Source of the DNA: Dehalococcoidia bacterium
GTDB lineage: Bacteria > Chloroflexota > Dehalococcoidia > SM23-28-2 > RBG-16-64-32
Reading direction: 5' to 3'
NCBI GenBank assembly: GCA_034408935.1
Contig: DAOUMV010000025.1
Coordinates: 99,593-163,592, forward strand
Length of the DNA: 64,000 nucleotides
In this document: positions 47,388-55,778 of the stretch, piece after piece
Position numbering within the stretch: position 1 is the first letter of the stretch
How the letters are laid out: the number at the start of each line of letters is the position of its first letter
The notes under the pieces: generated by a model
What the model was told of the DNA's origin: nothing
Databases searched by the model: none
Seen by the model: the letters and a program-made list of their open reading frames with translations, nothing else
Position numbers and translations under genes: made by a program

Positions 47388-48374
47388 ATGTCGATGGGCG
47401 GCCTGCTGACCACAACCGTGGGGAGCTTCCCCAAGCCGGAATACCTGAAGCGGGCGCGCGCCGCCTTCGTCGCTGGCCGCATCGACGGGGCCAAGCTGGA
47501 CAAGCTCACTCGCCAGGCCACGGTCGAGTGCATCCGCTTGCAGGAGGATGTGGGGCTGGACATCCTCGTGCACGGCGAGATGGAGCGCGGCGACATGGTG
47601 GCCTACTTTGCCGAGCTCCTGACCGAGAGCATGGCCATCAGCGGCCTGGTCCGGTCGTACGGCAACCGCTACTACCGCAAGCCGATCATCACCGGCGAGT
47701 TGCGCTGGCAGGGCCCAATGACGGTCGAGATGTGGCGCTACGCTCAGGGCCTTACCGAGAAGCCCGTGAAAGGGATGGTAACCGGTCCCTATACGATGGT
47801 CGACTGGTCGTTCGACGAGCACTACGGCTCGCGGCGAGAGGCGGTGCTGGCCATGGCGGGGGTGGTGCATCGTGAGGCCGAGGAGCTGGTGAAGGCAGGG
47901 GCGAGGTTCGTGCAGGTGGATGAGCCAGCCGCCTCAACACGGCCGGAGGAGATGGAGCTGGTGTCGGAGGCGCTGGGGGTCGTCACTCATGGCCTCGACG
48001 TCAGGACGATCACCCATATCTGCTACGGGGATTTCGCGGCGGTATTCCATCACATCGCTAATCTGCCGGTCGACCAGCTCGACCTGGAGATGGCGAACAG
48101 CGACTACGACCTCCTGGACCTGATCCGCGAGCACAAGGACGGGTTCGACAAGGAAGTCGCCATGGGGGTCGTGGACGTCCACTCTCACGTGGTCGAGACG
48201 CTAGACGACGTGAAGGCCGGGATCAGGAAGGGTCTGGAGGTGCTCCCGCCCGAGCGCTTGTACATCGACCCCGACTGCGGGCTGAAGACCCGGACCTGGG
48301 ACGAGGCGGAGGCGAAGCTGAGGGTGATCACCCAGGCCGTGGGCGAGGTGAAGCGGGAGCTGGAGATAGCGTAG
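47388..48374 (+). CDS. Half-size cobalamin-independent methionine synthase (MetE C-terminal catalytic-half type; core MetE)
   Basis: 328 aa with GSFPKPEY, the zinc ligands H-I-C (THICYGDF), Glu, and DPDCGL. GGGAGAGGG RBS. It starts 9 nt after the previous stop. Confidence 0.75.
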   Translation: MSMGGLLTTTVGSFPKPEYLKRARAAFVAGRIDGAKLDKLTRQATVECIRLQEDVGLDILVHGEMERGDMVAYFAELLTESMAISGLVRSYGNRYYRKPIITGELRWQGPMTVEMWRYAQGLTEKPVKGMVTGPYTMVDWSFDEHYGSRREAVLAMAGVVHREAEELVKAGARFVQVDEPAASTRPEEMELVSEALGVVTHGLDVRTITHICYGDFAAVFHHIANLPVDQLDLEMANSDYDLLDLIREHKDGFDKEVAMGVVDVHSHVVETLDDVKAGIRKGLEVLPPERLYIDPDCGLKTRTWDEAEAKLRVITQAVGEVKRELEIA

Positions 48375-48412
48375 GGCAGGGCCCCAGCCCCGCGCCGGTG
48401 CCACCCGTGCCC

Positions 48413-48436
48413 AAGGTCGAGGCTGGGGCCTCGACC
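48413..48436. terminator. Bidirectional hairpin AGGTCGAGGC-TGGG-GCCTCGACCT between convergent genes (REP-like family D, copy 2)
   Basis: Perfect 10-bp stem. The core GGTCGAGGC...GCCTCGACC is the same as at 19801-19822. Confidence 0.6.
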
Positions 48437-48485
48437 TACATGTGTTGATCCGCCTACCCCAGACAGCGCCTGCGCGTACCAGGCA

Positions 48486-51350
48486 CTACGGTGTGCATAC
48501 GGACCCGAAGTACGGCGGCAACACCTTGAACACGTCCCCCAGGTTGATGAAGCCGTCCGGGAGCAGGTCTCTCCGAGGACTCCAGTCAGGGATGGTGTCA
48601 CCGTTCGTGTCGGGCACGTCTGGACTAGAGCCGAAGTACGGTGGGAGCACCTTGAACACGTCCGCCAGGTTGATCACCATGCTGTCGTCGAAGTCCGGGG
48701 GCCAGCACGCCGGGCCGCAGGCGTCAGCAGGATCTGTCCCTATGAGTGTTTCGTCATAGTCGTTGAAGCCATCGGCATCGCAGTCAGAGTCACCAGGGCA
48801 AGGGTCGCAGGCGTCACCAAGGCCCTCGCCATCGTCATCTTCCTGCCCCGCGTTAGGAGTGGACGGGCAGTTGTCGCCTATATCGGACACCGCATCGCCG
48901 TCGGAGTCACACACCGGATCCGCCCCGTCCGGTCGTCCGTCACCATCGTTGTCCACGGTGTCGACGCAATCGTCTGCACCGTTTAGTCCACTAGTGTTTG
49001 GGGACGGGCCTTCCGTATCGCAGGTGTCGCCGGTCTCGTCCTCGTCGACATCTTCCTGACCCGGATTTTCCGTGGCCCGACAATTGTCGACAGCATCGAT
49101 CACACCGTCGCCGTCGGAATCGTCGCAGTGGTCGCCCACGCCATCGCCATCCCAGTCCTCCTGACCAGCGTTGGCTATGTCCGGGCAGTTGTCATCGATG
49201 TCCGCCACCAAGTCGACGTCGGGGTCGTCACAATGGTCGCCGGTGGTGTTCGGGTGGACATCGTCCTCCTGGCCTGGGTTAGCGACATCGGGGCAATTGT
49301 CGACAGTGTTGGGCAAGCCGTCGCGGTCGGAGTCCGCCGGGCAGGTCGTACCCACAGCCACCCCTCCACCCTTGACACCCACGACCGGGATTGGATCACC
49401 GGCTATCGAGTTAGGGCCGTCCCCGTCGTAGATCGCCAGATCTGGAACACCATCAGGGCCGCCCGCGGGGCCGGGGATGATGAGAGGGCTAACGCCTGTC
49501 CCAACAGCCTCTACGGTAATCCTTGCCAGTACGCCATCGCCGTCCTCATGGTTAGCGGGTGGTGGGGGGTTGTTCGTCCCATCTGTCGCCGCGACCGTGA
49601 AGGAACCGTTGGTGTCGGGCACTCCTTCGCTCGCGCTCAGGAAGCCCGCGCCCCCGCCGCTAGCGATGCGCGAGATGATCGTAACGTCGTCGGGCGGGCT
49701 CGAGCCCGCCGCGTCAACGTCGGTAACGCCGGTGACCTTGATGATCGCAGGGTCATAGTCCATATCGACTTGGTAGCCAGCGATCATATCCACGGGGTCT
49801 ACCCGTTCTGCGACTAGATCGAAGGTGTGGGTGTCTCCAACCTCCGCAACCTCCGCACAGCCCTGGACGCTCCCGACATAGTCATCATCGTTTCCCATAG
49901 GATTGGCGTCGATCGCCACTAGGCCCACCTCTCCTGGCACGGGCGTGGGGAGAGTGCACGACGAGCCGAACACCGGCGGCAGCACCTTGATGAGATCAAG
50001 GATGTTGATCACACCGTCTGGAACGAGGTCTCGCCGTTGAGTATGGTCGGGATCACAGGTGGTGGAGCTGAAGCCGGGTGGACACAATACCTGGAGCACG
50101 TCCCCGAAGTTGATCACCTGGTTGTCGTCGAGATCCGGCGGCCAGGCGTTGGCGCCGCAGTCTAGGTCGGGGTCGGTGCCGATGAAGGCTTCGTCGCAAT
50201 CCGTGTACGTGTCGCCATCGTAATCGGCGCAGGGCGTGGGTGTTGGTGTTGGGCTAGGTGTTGGAGTGGGAGAAGGCGTCGGGGCGACGCACGGCTCGCC
50301 CACGGAGATGGCGGCGACTCCCAGGCTCTCCACCGGGATCGGGTCGCCAGGTAGATCGTTGGCGCCGCTGCCGTCGACGATAATGAGATCGGGTATGCCA
50401 TCCGCACCGCCGGCCGCGCCGGGAATGGTGAGAGGACTGGTGCCGTTGGCGACGCCGGTGACGGTGAACCTGGCCAGGACGCCGTCGCCCGACTCGTGGT
50501 GGGCGGGAGGAGGAGACGGGGCGGCGGTGCCGTCGACGCCCACAAACGTGACGGAGTTGGGCTTGGCCGTAAGGTCGGTGTCGGCGACGATGAAGCCTGC
50601 GCCGCCGCCGCTGCCGATGCGGGAGAGGATGCTGACGTCGTTGGGGTTGTTGCTGCCGGCGGGGTCGACAACGATGAGGTCGCACAGCTCCTCGTCGATG
50701 CGCGGGCCGGCACCGCAGTCGGGATCAGCGCGGTCAATCCCGGTGTCGCCGTCGTTGTCGACGCCGTCCGAGCACTGGTTGTCGCCTGGGGAGCCGACGG
50801 AGCCGTCCTCGTGCTGGTCGCCGTCGTTGTCGGTGAAGTCTTGCCAATAGCCAGCCTGCGCGCCGGTGATGTCGTTGTAGCAGTCCTCGTCAAAGCGGCC
50901 GTCGCTGTCGTCGTCGATGCCTATGCCGATCACGGCGGGGTCGTAGTCGATATCGACCTGGTAGCCGGAGATCCTGTCAGCCGGGTCCACCCCCTGCACC
51001 CACAGGTCGACGACAACGGTCTGGCCGACGTCAAGCTCAACACAGGAGTCGGGAGCCGAGACGGTGGTGTCGTCATTGTCAAGGTAGAGCCCTCTCTGAC
51101 AGTCCGGGTCGGCACCGTCGGTCAGGCCGTCCGCGTCGTTGTCGACGTTGTCGTAGCACTGGTTAGTGGCGGGAGCCTTTTGGGTGCCGTCCTCGCCCTG
51201 GTCACCGTTGTCGTCGACGTTGGTGTCGATGGCGACCTCGGTGACAACCTGAGGAACGGCCTGGGCAGGGAGACCCCAGTGGCGAAGGCCAATCACAACC
51301 AGGGCCACAACCATCCCCACCACGAGCGAACCGACCGCAAAGTGTCTCAT
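48486..51350 (-). CDS. Giant secreted/surface repeat protein: thrombospondin type-3-like Ca-binding repeats, dockerin-like repeats, and two internal cohesin-like repeats of about 130 aa
   Basis: Signal anchor. Repeats DNCPxxxNxxQxDxDxDGxGDxCD (TSP3-like), QCxDxVDNDxDGxxDxxDPDC, dockerin-like DGxINxxDxxKVLPPxFGS. Two paralogous blocks (SRIGSGGGAGF... and SRIASGGGAGF...). PT-rich linkers. Promoter TTGACA (rc of 51413-51418) and RBS AAGGGAGG. Confidence 0.8.
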   Translation of the reverse strand: MRHFAVGSLVVGMVVALVVIGLRHWGLPAQAVPQVVTEVAIDTNVDDNGDQGEDGTQKAPATNQCYDNVDNDADGLTDGADPDCQRGLYLDNDDTTVSAPDSCVELDVGQTVVVDLWVQGVDPADRISGYQVDIDYDPAVIGIGIDDDSDGRFDEDCYNDITGAQAGYWQDFTDNDGDQHEDGSVGSPGDNQCSDGVDNDGDTGIDRADPDCGAGPRIDEELCDLIVVDPAGSNNPNDVSILSRIGSGGGAGFIVADTDLTAKPNSVTFVGVDGTAAPSPPPAHHESGDGVLARFTVTGVANGTSPLTIPGAAGGADGIPDLIIVDGSGANDLPGDPIPVESLGVAAISVGEPCVAPTPSPTPTPSPTPTPTPCADYDGDTYTDCDEAFIGTDPDLDCGANAWPPDLDDNQVINFGDVLQVLCPPGFSSTTCDPDHTQRRDLVPDGVINILDLIKVLPPVFGSSCTLPTPVPGEVGLVAIDANPMGNDDDYVGSVQGCAEVAEVGDTHTFDLVAERVDPVDMIAGYQVDMDYDPAIIKVTGVTDVDAAGSSPPDDVTIISRIASGGGAGFLSASEGVPDTNGSFTVAATDGTNNPPPPANHEDGDGVLARITVEAVGTGVSPLIIPGPAGGPDGVPDLAIYDGDGPNSIAGDPIPVVGVKGGGVAVGTTCPADSDRDGLPNTVDNCPDVANPGQEDDVHPNTTGDHCDDPDVDLVADIDDNCPDIANAGQEDWDGDGVGDHCDDSDGDGVIDAVDNCRATENPGQEDVDEDETGDTCDTEGPSPNTSGLNGADDCVDTVDNDGDGRPDGADPVCDSDGDAVSDIGDNCPSTPNAGQEDDDGEGLGDACDPCPGDSDCDADGFNDYDETLIGTDPADACGPACWPPDFDDSMVINLADVFKVLPPYFGSSPDVPDTNGDTIPDWSPRRDLLPDGFINLGDVFKVLPPYFGSVCTP

Positions 51351-51454
51351 TCCTTAACACCTCCCTTGCGGGCCAAGCCCGGCGTGCCACATTTAGCACT
51401 TTTGACCTAACCTGTCAAGCTTGTGCCTGGGGGAGCACCTGGAATCTCGTGGCG

Positions 51455-51484
51455 TTGACCGGCCGTGGCCGCGCCTGCTACAAT
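51455..51484 (+). promoter_or_regulatory. Promoter TTGACC, 18 nt, TACAAT
   Basis: It is followed by hairpins (51517-51537, 51541-51563) and a mini-element copy (51590-51626) just before the GTG start of the next gene. Confidence 0.5.
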
Positions 51485-51589
51485 CGGGGCGAAGTTAACG
51501 CGCACGTTAGAGTGACGCCTGCCTGCCGGTAGGCAGGGGCGAGGGCCAAAGGATCGGCCCTCGTCGTTTGTAAGCCGAACTCCGCTCGC

Positions 51590-51626
51590 CCTTCGACAGG
51601 CTCAGGACGAACGGAGAGAAGTGGAG
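51590..51626. repeat. Palindromic mini-element family C copy, plus a rearranged double copy at 51694-51750
   Basis: CTCCGCTCGCCCTTCGACAGGCTCAGGACGAACGGAG with 13-bp imperfect terminal inverted repeats. A second, composite copy is CCCCTTCGACAGGCCCTGCGACGGACTCTTCGACGCTGCTCAGGACAGGCTCAGGAC. Confidence 0.6.
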
Positions 51627-53192
51627 CAGGCTCTGGTCAAACAGCGGATGCCGAGCCCGGCAGGGGAAGTCCCAACTGAGGGTGGCCCGTTGGCCCCTTC
51701 GACAGGCCCTGCGACGGACTCTTCGACGCTGCTCAGGACAGGCTCAGGACATGGCCTGGACTACCTCTTCCACCCCCGCTCGGTGGCCATAGCTGGCGTA
51801 TCGCCGCCCCAGATCGGCTTCGGCGGCGTCGGTGCCGGATTCGTCATGGCCCTCCAAGACATGGAGTTCCCGGCCATATACCCCGTCAACCCCAAGCACC
51901 AGGAGATCGAGGGGCTGAAATGCTACCCCAGCCTCTTCGACATCGAGGGGCCCGTCGACCACGTCATCTCCAGCGTCCCCGCGCGCATCGTCCCGTCGCT
52001 GGTCGACGACTGCATCGCCAAGGGGGTGAAGTGCATCCACTTCTTCACCGCCGGCTTCAGCGAGACGGGTGAAGAGGAGAAGGCGGAGCTGGAGGCGCAG
52101 GTCGTGCAGCGAGCGGTCGAGGCCGGGATCCGCGTCATAGGCCCCAACTGCATGGGATTCTACGTGCCCGCCAGCAGGCTTGCCTTCATGCCGGGGTTCC
52201 CCAGGGAGCCGGGGCCGGTGGCTTTCATCTCCCAGAGCGGCGGCAACGCCACGGAGATGGTGTACACCTCGGTGCCGCGGGGAATCCGATACTCCAAGGT
52301 CGTGAGCTACGGCAACGCCGCCGATATCGATGAGGGCGAGCTGCTGGACTACCTGACGGAAGACCCGGAAAGCGAGGTCATCTGCGCCTACATCGAAGGC
52401 GTCAAGGACGGGCGCCACTTTTTCGAGGCGATGCGGAGGGCCGCTGCGGTCAAGCCCGTCATCGTCCTCAAGGGGGGACGAACGGAGGCGGGCACGAGGG
52501 CCGTGCACTCGCACACGGGGTCGCTAGCCGGCTCCATGGACGTGTTCGATGCCCTGCTGCGGCAGGTGGGCGCGGTGCGGGCCGACAGCGTGGAGGAGAT
52601 GGCGGACCTGGCGATGGCTTTCGTCTCCGTGGGCCTGGCGGACAGCGGGTTCGGCGCCCTTACCGGCCCCGGCGTCGTAGTCGTGGGCGGCGGCGGCGGC
52701 TTCAGCGTGTTCGCCGCCGACGAACTGGACGAGGCCGGCCTGCGCTGTCCCGTCCTGCCGGAGACGACCCAGCAGGCCCTACGGGAGTTTACGCCCGTGG
52801 CCGGCACCAGCGTGCGCAACCCGGTAGATTCCATCATGGTCTTCGATCCGTCCAAGCTGAAGAGTACCATCGAGGTGGTAGGCTCGGCGGAGAACATCGA
52901 CGCCGTGATGTTCCACACCAACTTCAACTTCGGGGGATGGCGACGCTCGGCCGCCTGGTTCGACCCCGAGATCTATCGGCAGAAGGCGGCTGAGGCGCTC
53001 GTAGAGGCCCGCCAGGCCTGCGGCAAGCCGCTCGTTCTGGTGATGAGACCGGCCCTGGACGTGCAGGCGATGGAGCAGACGCTGGCGTTCCTGGAGCTGT
53101 GCTGGGAGGCCCACATCCCCGTATTCCCGACAATCCCCCGGGCGGCCAACGCCCTGGCGAAAGTACTGCACTGGCGCCAGAACCGGCGCTAG
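51621..53192 (+). CDS. Acetyl-CoA synthetase (ADP-forming) / CoA-binding succinyl-CoA-synthetase-like protein
   Basis: LDYLFHPRSVAIAGVS CoA-binding start, IGPNCMGF, the phosphohistidine segment HTGSLAG and an ATP-grasp C-terminal domain. The annotated N-terminal 45 aa are encoded by mini-element copies, so the true start is uncertain. Confidence 0.7.
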   Translation: MEQALVKQRMPSPAGEVPTEGGPLAPSTGPATDSSTLLRTGSGHGLDYLFHPRSVAIAGVSPPQIGFGGVGAGFVMALQDMEFPAIYPVNPKHQEIEGLKCYPSLFDIEGPVDHVISSVPARIVPSLVDDCIAKGVKCIHFFTAGFSETGEEEKAELEAQVVQRAVEAGIRVIGPNCMGFYVPASRLAFMPGFPREPGPVAFISQSGGNATEMVYTSVPRGIRYSKVVSYGNAADIDEGELLDYLTEDPESEVICAYIEGVKDGRHFFEAMRRAAAVKPVIVLKGGRTEAGTRAVHSHTGSLAGSMDVFDALLRQVGAVRADSVEEMADLAMAFVSVGLADSGFGALTGPGVVVVGGGGGFSVFAADELDEAGLRCPVLPETTQQALREFTPVAGTSVRNPVDSIMVFDPSKLKSTIEVVGSAENIDAVMFHTNFNFGGWRRSAAWFDPEIYRQKAAEALVEARQACGKPLVLVMRPALDVQAMEQTLAFLELCWEAHIPVFPTIPRAANALAKVLHWRQNRR

Positions 53193-53209
53193 CTCGCCAC
53201 CGTACTATC

Positions 53210-54313
53210 ATGATGGGGCTCACCGAGATTCGTCGTCGCAAGTTTCAGTTCGCTTTGATCACCCTCCTGGTGACTCTCATCGCGTACCTCATCCTCATGA
53301 TCAACGGCCTCGGCATTGGCCTGAACGAGCAGGCGGGGAGCGCCCTGAGAGCGCTGGACGCGGATGCGCTGGCCTACGCCAGGAACAGCGACCTCAGCGT
53401 TATCCGCTCGGAGCTAGGCTCCAAGACGGTAGAGCAGCTCGGCGGCATGGAAGGCGTGACAGAGTGGGCCCCCCTAGGCTACGTGGGGGCGAACGTGCGA
53501 GACGGGGAGGGAGACACCACCGGGGCCGCCCTCCTCGGCTACGAGCCCGGTTCCATCGCTGAGCCGGACGTCGCGGCTGGTGAAGCCCTCGGCCTGCAAG
53601 ATCGGCGCGGCGTGCTCGCTGACTCCGCCTTCCTGAAAGCCTCCGGCCTCTCTATCGGCGACCGAATCGTGGTTCCTTCGCGGCTCAGGGAGTTCGAATT
53701 CACCATCGTGGGTGAGGTCGACGAAGGGTACTTCTTCTTCCAGCCGGTGGTCTACATGCTTCTCGACAGTTGGAGGGAGGTCAAGTACGGGCCTGACGAC
53801 CCTGACGCGCCGCTGGCGAGCATCGTTCTCCTGCAGGGTGACGGCCTGGCCGGCCGCACGACTGACGCCTACGAGGTCGTCTCCAAGGAGACCGCATTCG
53901 CCAACATCGAGGGCGTACAGGGGCAGCAGATGACGGTGAACGCGCTACGGGTCTTCGGCTTCGCCATCGGCGCCCTGGTCATCGGCATCTTCTTCTACGT
54001 TCTCACCATGCAGAAGACAGCGCAGGTAGGTCTCCTCAAGGCCATCGGAGCCAGCAACGGCTATGTCTTCCGCCAACTGCTGCTGCAGGTGGTAACGGTG
54101 ACGGCACTGGGGGCGGTCATCGCCGTGCCCCTGGCCTACGCCACGGACAGCGCACTGAACGAACTCCCAGAGACGGTGCCCGTCGCCTTTACGGGGTTCA
54201 CCTTCGTCCTCACCTCCGTGCTGGTGGTGACGACGGGTATCGTCGGTGCCCTGTTCTCGGTGCGCCAACTCGCCCGCGTCGATCCCATCATCGCGCTCGG
54301 TCACCAGGAGTAA
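53210..54313 (+). CDS. ABC transporter permease, FtsX/MacB-like
   Basis: N-terminal TM, large periplasmic domain, then 3 C-terminal TM with a KAIGASNG FtsX-family motif. Confidence 0.8.
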   Translation: MMGLTEIRRRKFQFALITLLVTLIAYLILMINGLGIGLNEQAGSALRALDADALAYARNSDLSVIRSELGSKTVEQLGGMEGVTEWAPLGYVGANVRDGEGDTTGAALLGYEPGSIAEPDVAAGEALGLQDRRGVLADSAFLKASGLSIGDRIVVPSRLREFEFTIVGEVDEGYFFFQPVVYMLLDSWREVKYGPDDPDAPLASIVLLQGDGLAGRTTDAYEVVSKETAFANIEGVQGQQMTVNALRVFGFAIGALVIGIFFYVLTMQKTAQVGLLKAIGASNGYVFRQLLLQVVTVTALGAVIAVPLAYATDSALNELPETVPVAFTGFTFVLTSVLVVTTGIVGALFSVRQLARVDPIIALGHQE

Positions 54314-54314
54314 C

Positions 54315-55025
54315 ATGAGCGCCACGCTAGCGGTAACCGATCTGAACAAGACCTACGGCAGCGGGGCGCTGGCGGTGCACGCCGTGCGGGACGTGAACTT
54401 CAGCACGGAACCGGGGGACTTCGTGGCCATCGTGGGGCCGTCAGGGTCGGGTAAGACGACGCTCCTGGCGATGATCGGGGGGCTGCTCAGGCCGACGAGC
54501 GGCAGCATCCATGTGAGCGGCCAGGAGATCGGACGCCTGTCGGATGGGGAGCGGGCGAGGTACCGCCGTGACAGGGTCGGCTACGTGTTCCAGGCGAACA
54601 ACCTGATCCTCTTCCTGACAGCGCGGGAGAACCTGACGCTCATGTATGAGATCGGGCCGGGAGGCCGTCGCGAGGCCATCAGCCGGGCGGACGGGCTGCT
54701 GGAGGAGCTGGGCCTCACCTCCCGCGCACACGCCCTTGCCAGTCAGCTTTCGGCGGGCGAACGCCAGCGGGTGGCCATCGCCCGCGCCCTGATGCGGGAC
54801 CCCTGGCTGATCCTCGTCGATGAGCCCACCGCGAACCTGGACTCGGAGCTGGGCGAGCAGGTGGTACGATCGCTCATCGATGAAGTGAAAGGCCGGGGGA
54901 AGCTGGGCATCATGGTCACGCACGACCCGCGCATGGCCGCTCTGGCCGACGTCGTCCTGGAGATGCGGGACGGCCATCTGATACGGCGGGAGCGACAAGC
55001 GGGCGAGGAGACGAGGCGCGCCTAG
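54315..55025 (+). CDS. ABC transporter ATP-binding protein
   Basis: GPSGSGKTTLL Walker A, LSAGERQRVAIARAL, Walker B ILVDEPTANLD. CAGGAG RBS. ATG is 1 nt after the permease stop. Confidence 0.85.
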   Translation: MSATLAVTDLNKTYGSGALAVHAVRDVNFSTEPGDFVAIVGPSGSGKTTLLAMIGGLLRPTSGSIHVSGQEIGRLSDGERARYRRDRVGYVFQANNLILFLTARENLTLMYEIGPGGRREAISRADGLLEELGLTSRAHALASQLSAGERQRVAIARALMRDPWLILVDEPTANLDSELGEQVVRSLIDEVKGRGKLGIMVTHDPRMAALADVVLEMRDGHLIRRERQAGEETRRA

Positions 55026-55774
55026 CGGCGATTCGTTCGCATCGGCAGCAATTCCGCGATAGAGCGGATGATCCGATCCGGGCGGACGGTCGCCCCCGCA
55101 GGTAGCCCCGCTCCCGGCGGGTCGACCCAGATGGCGTAGAGACCGAGGCGCTGGGGCGCGGCAACGTCCCACTCCAGGTTGTCGCCCACGCTCCAGGTCT
55201 GCTCAGGCTCAGACCCGAGCGCCCGCATGGCGGCCCGATACACGCGTTCGTCCGGCTTGCCGCAACCGAACTCGCCCTCGATGAGGATATGGTTGAAGTG
55301 ACGCGCCAGATCGAAGCGCTCGACCTTGGCACGCTGTCCCTCTGCACTGCCGTTGGTGATGAGACCGAGGCGGACACCCATCGCGCGCAGACCCTCCAGC
55401 GCCTCGATGGCTCCGGGGAACAGGCGGACACCGGCCTCGCGGAGGTCACGGTACCGGTGGGCGGTGTTCCGCGCCAGAGTAGGAAGATCGAGGCCCAGAG
55501 ACCGAAGCGCCTCCTCCACGATTCCGCTGGTCGCTTTCCTGAGGTCCAGCCTGCCTTCCCGGTGACGGTCCGGGTCCGACCAGAATCGACGGCGGGCTGG
55601 GGCGAGGGCGGCGAGGAGGGCATCGGCCTCGAGGCCCTGGACCTGCGCGGCCGCCTCCTTACAAACGGTGCGCCAGGCGGGCTCGACGCTGCTGCTGTCG
55701 TCGATGATGGTGTCGTCCAGGTCGAATATGATCGCCTGCGGGGCGATGCGCCCTCTCTGCCCACTCGCAGTCAC
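55022..55774 (-). CDS. HAD-superfamily hydrolase (subfamily IA)
   Basis: Motif I IIFDLDDTI, motif II LITNG, motif III/IV K ... VGDN. Located 4 nt downstream of the mutL stop. Confidence 0.8.
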   Translation of the reverse strand: MTASGQRGRIAPQAIIFDLDDTIIDDSSSVEPAWRTVCKEAAAQVQGLEADALLAALAPARRRFWSDPDRHREGRLDLRKATSGIVEEALRSLGLDLPTLARNTAHRYRDLREAGVRLFPGAIEALEGLRAMGVRLGLITNGSAEGQRAKVERFDLARHFNHILIEGEFGCGKPDERVYRAAMRALGSEPEQTWSVGDNLEWDVAAPQRLGLYAIWVDPPGAGLPAGATVRPDRIIRSIAELLPMRTNRR

Positions 55775-55778
55775 GGAG

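Noticed and set aside
49128-51410. Plus-strand ORFs (229, 304 aa) opposite the giant surface-protein gene
   Set aside because: Antisense shadow frames (V/D/G-rich). The minus-strand frame has coherent domain repeats, a promoter, an RBS and a signal peptide.
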